From positions 1-36,754 of the IMG/VR virus record IMGVR_UViG_3300033067_000899: a stretch of 36,754 nucleotides of DNA, one strand, 5' to 3'. The notes under the pieces were generated by a model. It searched no databases. It saw nothing but the letters and a program-made list of their open reading frames with translations, and had not been told where the DNA came from. Shown here one piece after another: positions 1 through 9,390 of the stretch. Both the position numbers and the translations under genes were made by a program. Positions within the stretch are counted from its first letter, which is position 1, and each line of letters begins with the position of its first letter. Origin of the DNA: a virus (Duplodnaviria > Caudoviricetes).

Positions 1-627
1 GACGATGAGCAAGACAAAGATCTTGACAATGAGGATGACGGTGAAGACGCTGATACCGATAAAGACAGCGATGAAGAAGAAGACGATTCCGATGACGATG
101 CCGGCGATGACTCAGACGATTCCGATGACGATGATGAATCCGATGACGAAGAGGATGAGGACAATAAGCCAGTAACTCGCAAGGAATTGAGGGAGATGCT
201 TCAGGGTAAGAAGAATCAAACCAATGCGAACCGCCGTATTGCTTCAAAGAAAGAAGGGCGGAATACTAAACAACCATCAGAACTCGACAAACGACTCGGT
301 ACGGTCGAGCAGACTCTCAAAGAGACTGCCTTACTCGAACGCAAACGTACCTTTGGATATGAACATGGACTTTCTCCGAAGCAGGTCAATCACGTTTTCC
401 GCTTAACAAAACGGCCAACCGCCAAATTCCTTGCCAAACCTCACGTGAAAGCGGCCATCGAAGCAATCGGATCGCAAGAAAAGGTTGCTAGGAACACTCC
501 TACCGGAAGCGGTAAGAGATTCCGAGGTGGTGGAGGTGACAAGAAGTGGACAGACTTGAAACCAGAAGAGAGACAAGCCAGCCTATCTGATAGACGGCGC
601 GAAATTCTCGAACGTAAACGAGGGTAG
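1..627 (+). CDS. Capsid scaffolding protein; the 5' end probably wraps from 36737-36754
   Basis: Frame +1 is open from base 1. Very D/E-rich N-terminal part, basic helical C-terminus, directly upstream of the major capsid gene. ATG at 36737 plus 18 nt joins in frame. Confidence 0.75.
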   Translation, partial: DDEQDKDLDNEDDGEDADTDKDSDEEEDDSDDDAGDDSDDSDDDDESDDEEDEDNKPVTRKELREMLQGKKNQTNANRRIASKKEGRNTKQPSELDKRLGTVEQTLKETALLERKRTFGYEHGLSPKQVNHVFRLTKRPTAKFLAKPHVKAAIEAIGSQEKVARNTPTGSGKRFRGGGGDKKWTDLKPEERQASLSDRRREILERKRG

Positions 628-663
628 TGAGTCCCGGATCTGGTGGTCTAACTGAATACTAAA

Positions 664-1620
664 ATGTTCTACTTTGCCTTTCCGGATCCAACAGCCGCTT
701 TCAGCGCTGCCGATGTAGCTGCAAGTACTCCAGAAATCTGGGGTGACTACATCATGGAACCAAACTTCCCTAAGGCTGTGCTAGCTAACTTCTTCACGGA
801 TCTTAGTTACCTCGCTGAAGAGGAAGGGGATGTGATTCACGTTCCAGACATCTACACCAACACCTTCTCTGCTTCAACTCAGAGTACACAAGGAAACGGT
901 GTAGTTGATCAAAGCCCTGCTCAAGTTGACGTAACACTCAACATTGACACCCACGCTTATGTAGCTTGGCTCTTCGGAGATAAGACTATTAAGCAACTCG
1001 CCAATAAGGAAAAGCTTAACGAAGCGTATGCTCGAGAAGCGAAGAATGTCCTTATGGTCGAGCTGGAGGATGCTCTCGCAGCATTGTGGTCATCTCTTTC
1101 TACTAACGTAATTGGAGATACGACTACTACCCTTTCAGATGCTGAGATCCGCGATGCTATCAATGCTCTTGATAGTGCCGACTACGACCTCACTGAAACG
1201 GCCTTCTTCTTCCATCCGTTTGTGTACTGGACACAGCTTGGCGGTATCGCTAAGTACTACTCACAGTACAGCTCAAACTTCAACTTCATCCGTACTGGTA
1301 ACTTCGGTCCAGGGGACTCAAGTCGAGGATTGCGCGGTGTGTTGTATGACCAGCCATGTTACGTGACCTCACGTATCGTTTCAGGTCTACAGACTTACCG
1401 TAACCTTTTCGCTCACAAGAGTGCATTTGGATACGCTCGTCAAACACCAGGCGTAGGTGGTGGAATGGGAATGTCAGTAAACGGCATCCGAATCCAGTCA
1501 GACTACTTACTACAAAACCTAGGCATGCTCACAGTTGTGGACATGATGTACGGTGTAGCTGTACTCCGCGAGGAAGCAGCAGTAGTGGTCAACGCCAACA
1601 GTACTGCCAAGACAAGCTAA
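664..1620 (+). CDS. Major capsid protein (HK97 fold, P22-coat-like)
   Basis: 318 aa with PEIW, GDVIHVP, FFHP and C-terminal DMMYGVAVLR motifs typical of podovirus coat proteins. Follows the scaffold gene and is followed by a terminator. Confidence 0.9.
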   Translation: MFYFAFPDPTAAFSAADVAASTPEIWGDYIMEPNFPKAVLANFFTDLSYLAEEEGDVIHVPDIYTNTFSASTQSTQGNGVVDQSPAQVDVTLNIDTHAYVAWLFGDKTIKQLANKEKLNEAYAREAKNVLMVELEDALAALWSSLSTNVIGDTTTTLSDAEIRDAINALDSADYDLTETAFFFHPFVYWTQLGGIAKYYSQYSSNFNFIRTGNFGPGDSSRGLRGVLYDQPCYVTSRIVSGLQTYRNLFAHKSAFGYARQTPGVGGGMGMSVNGIRIQSDYLLQNLGMLTVVDMMYGVAVLREEAAVVVNANSTAKTS

Positions 1621-1667
1621 CCCCTGTCTGGTATACTGAAGCTCGCCGGATAACGGTGGCTTACAAG

Positions 1668-1690
1668 AAATCCCCTCACGGGGATTTTTT
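1668..1690 (+). terminator. Rho-independent terminator after the capsid gene
   Basis: AAATCCCC-tcac-GGGGATTT stem-loop running into a T tract. Confidence 0.85.
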
Positions 1691-1708
1691 GTATGTGCAT
1701 AACGAGTG

Positions 1709-1738
1709 GATAGCGCTATCTATATCGTATGGTACAAT
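1709..1738 (+). promoter_or_regulatory. GATAGCGCTATC palindrome plus extended -10 (TGgTACAAT); leaderless start at 1745
   Basis: Perfect 12-bp palindrome at 1709-1720; TACAAT at 1733-1738, 6 nt before the ATG. Confidence 0.65.
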
Positions 1739-1744
1739 TTACGC

Positions 1745-2401
1745 ATGTCTGATATTGAACAGGAGAAAATGGAGATGAAAGGCCAGGATCTCTCTCCGGC
1801 GGCGATTGAAAAAGCAACTCGCCCTAAGAAGACTTGGTTTTTTGAACGCATGGGCGATGGCTCAGTCTTCGCTTGTGAAGAGCGTGAAGCGTGGCAGATC
1901 TGTTTTAATAAATCAAAGTGGAAGCGTAAGGACTTCCGGCTACTTGGTACTTCAGATGGTACTACCTACCATCGCATCACTAAAGAATCAATGACCGAAG
2001 CCTATGAGTTGGCTCCCACTATTGAGAGTAAGAAGACCGAACTTCAGCGCTACATGAAAGCTGAGGAAGATTTAATAGTAGGGGAAGCGGTCGATATGGA
2101 GGGAGATGTCTCCGATACCTTTAATGAGGTGAATAAGCAGAAGGTCCTCAGATTGCGTAAAATCATGGACAGGCTACATGGGGAGCTTGATGCCCTTGAA
2201 AGTCGCTACAAAGAAGTCACAGCCAGCGTGGTGAAGCGTGCTACTGAAGCTGAGCTAGAGGTGGCTAAGGCAAACCAAGCGAAGCGTATAGAGCAGGGCT
2301 TAGGCTTTGACTGGCCTGATGCTGATCTCAATATCCAAACTCCAGCCGGAAGCCATAAGCCACGTAGCAAGATACTCGGTATCCTGGGCGGTAGAATCTA
2401 A
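1745..2401 (+). CDS. Hypothetical coiled-coil protein
   Basis: ORF 1706-2401; ATG 1745 preferred over the GTG because of promoter position. Confidence 0.7.
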   Translation: MSDIEQEKMEMKGQDLSPAAIEKATRPKKTWFFERMGDGSVFACEEREAWQICFNKSKWKRKDFRLLGTSDGTTYHRITKESMTEAYELAPTIESKKTELQRYMKAEEDLIVGEAVDMEGDVSDTFNEVNKQKVLRLRKIMDRLHGELDALESRYKEVTASVVKRATEAELEVAKANQAKRIEQGLGFDWPDADLNIQTPAGSHKPRSKILGILGGRI

Positions 2402-2405
2402 ACCT

Positions 2406-2912
2406 ATGAATAAAAAGCACCTACGAGTAATTAAGATGATTCAGGAGGGTATCCCAAAGGAGCTATTGCTGAACCTCACTAAGAAGGAAATCCAAGCACC
2501 CACCATGAAGAAGGTGTTTGAAATCGCTCTCACTAAACCAGACACTGAGGTCTCTCCCCGGCAGAAACGGAATATCAAAGCGATGCTCGATTCCGGGCGC
2601 TTTGATAGAGAGGTCGAAGTGCTGGATCATGAGGTAGAGAAGCAGATCGATGCGTACTACCAGGCGGAAATCGACAAGGCGGTGAAGCTTGGTCGACTGC
2701 CGAAGCACGCACCAACATTAAAATCATTAACTAAAAAAGGAGTACAATATGCAAAACGACAAGAACGAAGACTACGCCGTGAGTTTCTGGGCGAAGGTAG
2801 CGATGTGGATTCAACTTCGCAAGATGATCAAAACGACGAAGCGCAGCATCCGTCACGCCAAGCTGACCATGAAAATGTATCAGCACCTAGCGCAGCTTAC
2901 CGACCCGGTTGA
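2406..2912 (+). CDS. Hypothetical protein
   Basis: ATG 2406 just after the upstream stop; 3' end overlaps the next gene. Confidence 0.65.
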   Translation: MNKKHLRVIKMIQEGIPKELLLNLTKKEIQAPTMKKVFEIALTKPDTEVSPRQKRNIKAMLDSGRFDREVEVLDHEVEKQIDAYYQAEIDKAVKLGRLPKHAPTLKSLTKKGVQYAKRQERRLRREFLGEGSDVDSTSQDDQNDEAQHPSRQADHENVSAPSAAYRPG

Positions 2913-3051
2913 GGAAAAGAAAAAGCACTCTGACTTGATGCTGAAATACGGCCAAGTCGAAGCTTCAGCGATGGCAGAAGAGCGCGCTTTACGCATCTTC
3001 CAGTCCTTTGACCTAAACGATGTAGAGCTTTATAAGCCAGTAAGCGAATAA
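2749..3051 (+). CDS. Hypothetical protein
   Basis: AAAGGAG Shine-Dalgarno sequence before ATG 2749; 100 aa, helical. Confidence 0.65.
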   Translation: MQNDKNEDYAVSFWAKVAMWIQLRKMIKTTKRSIRHAKLTMKMYQHLAQLTDPVEEKKKHSDLMLKYGQVEASAMAEERALRIFQSFDLNDVELYKPVSE

Positions 3052-3056
3052 CTATC

Positions 3057-3266
3057 ATGGTGAAATTTATTGCTCGAGTCCGAAGTATGTCACAAAAGTT
3101 TTCTACCGATAAGGAAGATAACGCCAAGGTGACTCTCAACCTATCCCTTGAAATCAAGGATGGCTTCGATGATGTACCAAACCTTGCTGAGATTCTTAAC
3201 TCTCCCCTGGAGTTTGATGTTGCACCGATTCAGCCGGGTATAATCCCTCCAACTAAAGCTAAATAG
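3057..3266 (+). CDS. Hypothetical protein
   Basis: 69-aa ORF tightly packed in the operon. Confidence 0.65.
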   Translation: MVKFIARVRSMSQKFSTDKEDNAKVTLNLSLEIKDGFDDVPNLAEILNSPLEFDVAPIQPGIIPPTKAK

Positions 3267-3268
3267 GC

Positions 3269-3715
3269 ATGAAGCTCGTAAACTACACCACCAAAATTGA
3301 GCCTACCCAGACTATAGCTGAGATTCAAAACATGCTCGCTGACTATGGCGTATCTGCCATGATGACTGAGTATGATGGCCGCCAAGTATCAGCGGTGAGT
3401 TTCAAGATGCTGGTAGATGGCAAGGAGTTTCCGTTCCGGATGCCTTGTAACTGGCGTGGTGTAGCTGAGGTACTTAAGAAATCTGAGTATCGAAAGAACC
3501 TACGTTTAGATTTAGTCGATGAACAAGCTCCGCGTGTGGCTTGGCGTATTCTTCATGAGTGGATTCGGTCCCAACTATCGCTGGTGGAAGTGAACATGGT
3601 GACTATTCCTCAAGTCTTTCTACCGTATACCATCATGGGTGACGGCCGTACTCTAGCCGAGAAGGTAGCTGAAGACCCTCGTTTCTTACTAGGTAGCCCA
3701 GAACAACATGGCTAA
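3269..3715 (+). CDS. Conserved phage hypothetical protein (TIAEIQ...RVAWR family)
   Basis: Motifs resemble a widespread uncharacterised phage family. Confidence 0.65.
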   Translation: MKLVNYTTKIEPTQTIAEIQNMLADYGVSAMMTEYDGRQVSAVSFKMLVDGKEFPFRMPCNWRGVAEVLKKSEYRKNLRLDLVDEQAPRVAWRILHEWIRSQLSLVEVNMVTIPQVFLPYTIMGDGRTLAEKVAEDPRFLLGSPEQHG

Positions 3716-4976
3716 AAAAGTCATCGGATACGGCCTATGTGGTCCAGGAGAAGCTAGTCGGTACATGCGTGAGACCATGGAGTGCTTTAAACGGCTCTGT
3801 GATGAAGTCATTATCCTATGCAACAACTGTGACCAAGCTGAGCTGAATCTGATTGATGAGTATGGCTTTAAGCGCGTGAATGACCGGCGCGAGTGGGGGA
3901 CTCACCAGTGGAGAATCAAGCAAGACTTCATAGAGCGTGATATCAAGCAGATGGCCAATGAGGGCGATGTGCTTGTTTGTTTAGATATGGATGAGGTCCT
4001 ATCTGAGCGCTGTACCAAAGAATGGCTACTCGAAGCGCCGCTAGATGCGTACCACGTATTCATTGTAGACCTCTGGAATGACCCTCAGCACTTTAAACCT
4101 GAGAGCTGCTTCTGGAATGTACGTATCTGGAAGTGGAATGGTGAGACCAAGTTTAAGGCTAAGCCGGTCCATTGTGGTCTCGCGCCTGAGTGGACATACC
4201 ACTATCATCGCCACGCTCCCTTCCTATTGCTCCATAAAGGCTTGATGGATGAAGAGTCCCGGCTACGCAAAATCAAGCGCTACGAGAAGTACGATCCGCA
4301 CGCTGAGCATTTAGACAAGAGGTACTATGATATGCTTAGAAGCAATACCGCCAGACCTTTTGATGAGGATGCCATGGCCGACCAGATAGCTGATGAAGTC
4401 GCAACTTATAATCAAACTAAGCCTAGAAAATCTATGGTAAAAAAACCAAAAGCTCGCTACGCCTACGTTAAAAACCCTCACGGTGATGTTATTGATATCC
4501 CTGAGAAGCACCTAGCCATGACTCTCAAGCGCAAAGGCTTCGAGTTTATTAGCTACGCTGACGAAGAGCAAGAGGAAATTGAATCGATGTTCGAGGATGA
4601 TGAAGAGGGAATGGTCCCAGGCGCTCGCCCTCACCCAACTCCAGACCATATCGGCCACACCAACGAAATGGTTGTGGATAAACCTGTGGAAAAGAATAAC
4701 TATGGCCGTAGTCCAGCCGATGAGAAGGCTGAGCTTGATGCTTTAAATGCTAAGGATGATATCAAGCTAGCTGGCTTCAGTGCGCCTAGTATCAGTCCTG
4801 TAGATACTGAAGAGGTAGATGCGATGTTTACTGAAGGTAGTGATGTAGATAAAACAGATCCTACCAAGTCTAGTGAAGCAGCCGCTGGCGCTCTCAATGA
4901 CTTCACGAAAGTAGTGAACAGTGACAAACCAGCGCCAAAGAAAGTGGCAAAGAAGGCAGCACCTAAGAAAAAATAG
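3708..4976 (+). CDS. GT-A fold (GT2-like) glycosyltransferase with a long acidic, then Lys/Ala-rich C-terminal extension
   Basis: CDEVIIL, DxD motif (LDMDE), PVHCG and RYEKYDP; tail ends KKVAKKAAPKKK. Confidence 0.75.
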   Translation: MAKKVIGYGLCGPGEASRYMRETMECFKRLCDEVIILCNNCDQAELNLIDEYGFKRVNDRREWGTHQWRIKQDFIERDIKQMANEGDVLVCLDMDEVLSERCTKEWLLEAPLDAYHVFIVDLWNDPQHFKPESCFWNVRIWKWNGETKFKAKPVHCGLAPEWTYHYHRHAPFLLLHKGLMDEESRLRKIKRYEKYDPHAEHLDKRYYDMLRSNTARPFDEDAMADQIADEVATYNQTKPRKSMVKKPKARYAYVKNPHGDVIDIPEKHLAMTLKRKGFEFISYADEEQEEIESMFEDDEEGMVPGARPHPTPDHIGHTNEMVVDKPVEKNNYGRSPADEKAELDALNAKDDIKLAGFSAPSISPVDTEEVDAMFTEGSDVDKTDPTKSSEAAAGALNDFTKVVNSDKPAPKKVAKKAAPKKK

Positions 4977-4978
4977 CC

Positions 4979-5215
4979 ATGACTGAAGCTCCAAAACACT
5001 GGAATAATGATCACGTATACCACCAATGCTGTGGCTCAAAACATACGTATCACAAGACCACATGCCCTAACCGGCGTAGTGGTATTCCCGGCCGCGCTTC
5101 AGACCCAGACTTTTTGAACGTACAAGACTGCAAAGCTAGTGGATTATCATCAGGCCAGTGCGCTGCTAGATTAAACATGCCACTGGATCAAGTAAATGAC
5201 TTATGGGTACTATAA
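4979..5215 (+). CDS. Small Cys/His-rich protein with a possible HTH
   Basis: HQCCGS...HKTTC; LSSGQCAARLNMPLDQV resembles an HTH. Confidence 0.5.
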   Translation: MTEAPKHWNNDHVYHQCCGSKHTYHKTTCPNRRSGIPGRASDPDFLNVQDCKASGLSSGQCAARLNMPLDQVNDLWVL

Positions 5216-6231
5216 CTGCACGACCGAAGATTCTTATTACTGGTGGGCTTGGCTTCATATTCAGTCACGTTACTGAGTATTTTCTTAATGCTGGGTACGA
5301 TGTAATGGTCCTAGATAACCTCTCAGCCGGCTCACATCCAGAACTAATACCTCACTTTAAGGATATTTGCGCCAGTAAGAAGTTTGTAGAGCGCCCTGAA
5401 ATGCCTATAACTACTACTGGCAAAGTAACATCTGAACCAGTTAACGTAACTGAATACCACTCCAAGCTTACTTTTGTCGAGACTGATGTGTCTTTTACTA
5501 CCACTATCCCTATCATCACCACTTTCAATCCAGACTACATCATCCATGCAGCCGCTATTTCTGATGTCGACTACTCAATCAAACAGCCAGTGAAGACCAT
5601 CCAGGCTAACAACAACGGCACTATCAACGTCTTTGAAGCTGCCCGGCAATTACCAAACCTTAAGAAATTACTCTATGTCTCAACTGATGAGGTATATGGT
5701 GAGTGTGATCATCCAAAGTCTGAGTCTGAGATTCTTTTTCCTAAGAATCCCTACGCCCTTAGCAAATCTTTTGGCTCTCAACTTCGTCTTGCGTATGACA
5801 ATACTTACCCTGCGCTTAAGGATAAGACTGTTGAAACTCGCTTTTGCAACGTATTCGGCCCTCGTCAGGATGATCGGAAGATAATCCCAGCTATTAAGCG
5901 AGCGCTTGAAGGAGGGAAGCCAGTCGAGCTACACAACGGTGGGGAAGGATATCGTCAGTTTATTCATGTGAAAGAGATACCGCCAGTGGTGGCTTTGCTC
6001 TTGGAGTCTGGTACTCGCACCTATAACATCACCTCAAACGAAGGCTATACCGTTAAGCAACTGATTGCCGAAGCTGAGTACATCACTGGAAAGAAAGTGC
6101 CTACGGTCCCTGGAAAGCGCTCAGGAATGGATATCCGCTACGAGATGGATGGTACTCGCATCCGTGAAGAATTTGGCTGGAAGCCAGAGCATGACCTGTA
6201 TATTACTCTACAGAGTTACCTATATCTATGA
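5203..6231 (+). CDS. NAD-dependent NDP-sugar 4,6-dehydratase (RmlB/RfbB-like extended SDR)
   Basis: ILITGGLGFI Rossmann motif, HAAA, STDEVYG, YALSK (YxxxK) and NVFGPRQ. Confidence 0.9.
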   Translation: MGTITARPKILITGGLGFIFSHVTEYFLNAGYDVMVLDNLSAGSHPELIPHFKDICASKKFVERPEMPITTTGKVTSEPVNVTEYHSKLTFVETDVSFTTTIPIITTFNPDYIIHAAAISDVDYSIKQPVKTIQANNNGTINVFEAARQLPNLKKLLYVSTDEVYGECDHPKSESEILFPKNPYALSKSFGSQLRLAYDNTYPALKDKTVETRFCNVFGPRQDDRKIIPAIKRALEGGKPVELHNGGEGYRQFIHVKEIPPVVALLLESGTRTYNITSNEGYTVKQLIAEAEYITGKKVPTVPGKRSGMDIRYEMDGTRIREEFGWKPEHDLYITLQSYLYL

Positions 6232-6635
6232 TCACCATCCTCACTACACCACCACCCAACTGGGATAAACTAGGAGCTAGCTTCGGTGTGAAGTGGGAAG
6301 GAAACTTGGTAGTGACCTATGCTGGCCAGATACACTGTCCCTCAGGCAAGGTAGCGCCGGATGTCTTGGTACATGAGATGGTCCACGTAGAACAGCAGAA
6401 AGGTAAGGATATGGAACTATTGCTCGAGCGCTACATGACCGATATCAATTTCCTCCGGGAAGTAGAGATACCAGCCTTCCAAGCTCAGGCTGCCTTTCTT
6501 GAAGCCACTATCCCCGATAAATCAGAGCTATGGTGTATGAAGTACCGCATCGCCAAGCGTATGGTGGAGATGTACAAAGATGCCTTTACATTCGATACAG
6601 CTAGCGCTATCATTAACCTACATGAAAATACTTGA
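6228..6635 (+). CDS. Small HExxH (zincin-like) protein
   Basis: LVHEMVHVEQ motif with a downstream E (REVE.PA). Confidence 0.6.
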   Translation: MITILTTPPPNWDKLGASFGVKWEGNLVVTYAGQIHCPSGKVAPDVLVHEMVHVEQQKGKDMELLLERYMTDINFLREVEIPAFQAQAAFLEATIPDKSELWCMKYRIAKRMVEMYKDAFTFDTASAIINLHENT

Positions 6636-6759
6636 AGCACTATTTAGTCCGGTCATCGCCTACCTCGCTATCCTAGGCTCACTCATCACTGGCAAGATGA
6701 TGCTGTCTGATGATAGTGACCTACCGCCACATCTAAGGCGTGAAAATGACTATGATTAA
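6622..6759 (+). CDS. 45-aa single-TM protein (not in the ORF track)
   Basis: MKILEALFSPVIAYLAILGSLITGKMM...; fills the gap and overlaps both neighbours. Confidence 0.55.
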   Translation: MKILEALFSPVIAYLAILGSLITGKMMLSDDSDLPPHLRRENDYD

Positions 6760-7801
6760 ACTCTTTCAACCATACGTATCACCACAAGCGCGAGAGAACG
6801 TACAGCGCGTTTTAAACACTACTCAGCTCGCTCAAGGGCCTGAGGTAGAACTGTTTGAGCAAGAGTTTGCGGCGAAGTTTGGCTTTGAAGCCTGGCAGAT
6901 AGTATCGCTGAACAGTGGTACGGCCGCGCTCGAGCTTGCTTATGAACTGGCTGAGCTAGGGGAATATGACCATGTTATCTCTCCGGTCCTTACCTGTACC
7001 GCTACCAACATCCCTCTCATCCGGCGCAAGGTCCAGATGAGCTTTGGTGATATTGTCGGCAAGCAGTCACTCAACATGGATGTCGATGATGCTGAGAATA
7101 AGATACTCCATAACACCAAGGCTATCGTCTACGTACACTTCGGCGGATCATCATACGGCCTAGACCTCTTTGAAGATTTAACTGAAGCCCACGGCCTAGA
7201 CCTTATCTGTGATGCTGCTCAGGCTCTTGGCGCACCTCTATCAAAGAAGGCACGCTTTTCCTGTATCTCACTACAAGCCATAAAATCGCTCACAGCAGGT
7301 GATGGTGGCGTACTGGTATGTCGGGATAGGGAGGATGCAATAAAGGCTAGGAAGCTACGCTGGTTTGGCTACGATAGGGAGCTTAAGCAGCGACTCGGTG
7401 ACTGTGACCTCGAACTGGCTGGATACAAGATGCACATGAATGATATCAATGCCGCTCTCGCGCGTGGAAATCTAGCCGTATGGGATGACATCGTACAAAC
7501 CAGAAAGGCTATAAACGATACCTATAGTGACTTCATCCCAGAGCAAAACTTCATCCGTGGTATCTGGAATCCTCAAGTGACTGGTATTAGCTACTATAAA
7601 ACAAAGCAAATAGCTCAAGCCGCTGGCTTTGAAATTGGCCAACACCACTACCGAAATGATAAGTATTCCATCTTTCGAAGCGTATATAGTAACTGCCTTA
7701 ACATGAATGAATTAGGCGAGAATTACTTCCTACTTCCTTGCCACATGGGTATGACTTTGGCTGATGCTGAGATGATAGCTAAAACTATATGTCTCAACTA
7801 A
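6752..7801 (+). CDS. DegT/DnrJ/EryC1/StrS PLP-dependent sugar aminotransferase
   Basis: SGTAAL, DAAQALG, SLQAIKSLTAGDGG (catalytic Lys), GYKMHM; start MIKLFQP at 6752. Confidence 0.92.
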   Translation: MIKLFQPYVSPQARENVQRVLNTTQLAQGPEVELFEQEFAAKFGFEAWQIVSLNSGTAALELAYELAELGEYDHVISPVLTCTATNIPLIRRKVQMSFGDIVGKQSLNMDVDDAENKILHNTKAIVYVHFGGSSYGLDLFEDLTEAHGLDLICDAAQALGAPLSKKARFSCISLQAIKSLTAGDGGVLVCRDREDAIKARKLRWFGYDRELKQRLGDCDLELAGYKMHMNDINAALARGNLAVWDDIVQTRKAINDTYSDFIPEQNFIRGIWNPQVTGISYYKTKQIAQAAGFEIGQHHYRNDKYSIFRSVYSNCLNMNELGENYFLLPCHMGMTLADAEMIAKTICLN

Positions 7802-8499
7802 CTGATTCAATCGCAAAGATAAAAGAACTCGCTAAAGTCCCAGTGACTAGCGATATTGATACTCGCCGTGTGGAGATCATCGTACTGAAATTCAAAGAAC
7901 CACCTGAAGTGATAGACAAGTGCATCAGTCGCATCATTCATAACACTGACTGGCCTTTCAAACTCACCATCTTTGATAACCGGCTGAATACACCAAACAC
8001 TTCACGTATCTGGAATAAGCTCATCAGTGAAGCCACTTGTCCCTATGTCCTCATCATGGACTCAGATGCCTTTATTCCAGTGAAGAAGACTGAACCATGC
8101 TGGCTCACTCGCATGATGGAATCTATAGACGAGACTGGAGTAGTGATACCTGTATCTTCCAAAGGCGGTGGCGCTCATCAACATGTGAACGGCCCACTCC
8201 CCTACCCTTCTACTGTTATAAATAAGGATGCTTGGTCTGGCTATTGTTTTTTAATTTCAAAAGAAGCATACGAGAAGAACGGTATTTTTAATGAAATGTA
8301 CTACCGCTACGGCCAAGACAGCGAGTGGGCTATCCGCTGTGGCATTAAGCTTGGCGGAGCCGTGATGCGGAAGGATGTATTTGTCGAGCATATCGGGGGA
8401 GCTTCCTTTGACAGTGACCCTGGGAAGGATGAGGATAAGCTTTACGCGCGACAACTCTTCCTGTACCATACACGTAAATATGCCAAAGGGGATATATAA
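7789..8499 (+). CDS. GT2 family glycosyltransferase
   Basis: IFDN, DxD motif (MDSDA), GYCFLI, FNE.Y..GQDSEW and VEHIGGAS. Confidence 0.85.
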   Translation: MSQLTDSIAKIKELAKVPVTSDIDTRRVEIIVLKFKEPPEVIDKCISRIIHNTDWPFKLTIFDNRLNTPNTSRIWNKLISEATCPYVLIMDSDAFIPVKKTEPCWLTRMMESIDETGVVIPVSSKGGGAHQHVNGPLPYPSTVINKDAWSGYCFLISKEAYEKNGIFNEMYYRYGQDSEWAIRCGIKLGGAVMRKDVFVEHIGGASFDSDPGKDEDKLYARQLFLYHTRKYAKGDI

Positions 8500-8866
8500 A
8501 CGATCACCAGAACAACTACAAAAGCTTAGAGAGCTAGGGCTTTCTAATAAGGGTAAAGCTTACCCACGTACTAAAGAATGGGTAGACAAACTATCAGAGT
8601 CTCAGTCTGGCCATAAGAATCATCAGTGGAAGGGAGATGACGTAGGATATAAAGGATTGCACGACTGGGTATTTAAAACTTTTGGAAGACCTACTCAATG
8701 TGAACTTTGTCTGAAGGATGGCTTGAAAGGTAGGCAAATACACTGGGCAAACCTATCCGGCAAATATAAAAGAGATAGGTCGGACTGGAAGAGGATGTGT
8801 GCAAAGTGTCACACATCCTACGATCGAGAGCATAACCTACGTGGCCATAGAAAATCTACTATATAA
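8480..8866 (+). CDS. HNH endonuclease with a NUMOD3-like N-terminal segment
   Basis: MPKGIYKR start, KLSES..G.KNHQWKG, CELC...HWAN...CAKCH. Confidence 0.8.
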   Translation: MPKGIYKRSPEQLQKLRELGLSNKGKAYPRTKEWVDKLSESQSGHKNHQWKGDDVGYKGLHDWVFKTFGRPTQCELCLKDGLKGRQIHWANLSGKYKRDRSDWKRMCAKCHTSYDREHNLRGHRKSTI

Positions 8867-8877
8867 TAAATATCATT

Positions 8878-9390
8878 ATGAACCAGCTTGATTTAAACTT
8901 CATCGCACTAGCCAAGGAGCAATATCCTGAAGCCTTTAATGGTGTGAAGGTACTAGAGATAGGCGCACTGGATGTGAATGGGAATGTGCGTGGTCCGTTT
9001 GAAAACTGTGAATTCACTGGCATCGACTGGGCGCCGGGCAAGAATGTAGATATTGTGGTCCCTGCTAAAGAGACTACCTTTGAACCTAATACGTTTGATG
9101 TGCTACTTTCTTTCAATCACCTCGAGCATGATCCAGACTGGACTGATTCCCTAGGCCACAACTTCGATGCACTGAAGGAAGGGGGACTGATGTTTCTCCG
9201 CTGGGCTACTCGAGCATCCGGCGCTCATGGTCCTGAATTTGACCCACACGGCGAGCAAGGCTACTACCCTAAGGATTTGCATGAGGTAGTAGAGTTTCTT
9301 GAATCTAAGGGCATCCTGATACTCCACAAGAGCCAGGATCATAATCCGTACATCGGCGTGATGGCTAACGTGATAGCTCGCAAGGTATGA
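8878..9390 (+). CDS. Class I SAM-dependent methyltransferase
   Basis: VLEIGALDVNG, GID, FDV, LEHD and LKEGG. Confidence 0.85.
   Translation: MNQLDLNFIALAKEQYPEAFNGVKVLEIGALDVNGNVRGPFENCEFTGIDWAPGKNVDIVVPAKETTFEPNTFDVLLSFNHLEHDPDWTDSLGHNFDALKEGGLMFLRWATRASGAHGPEFDPHGEQGYYPKDLHEVVEFLESKGILILHKSQDHNPYIGVMANVIARKV

Noticed and set aside
1-165. GAT/GAC-rich low-complexity DNA as a non-coding repeat
   Set aside because: Explained by Asp/Glu codons of the scaffold reading frame.
1639-1662. Weak hairpin before the capsid terminator as an ncRNA or riboswitch
   Set aside because: Short and imperfect with no recognisable family features. No tRNA-like sequence was seen anywhere in the window.
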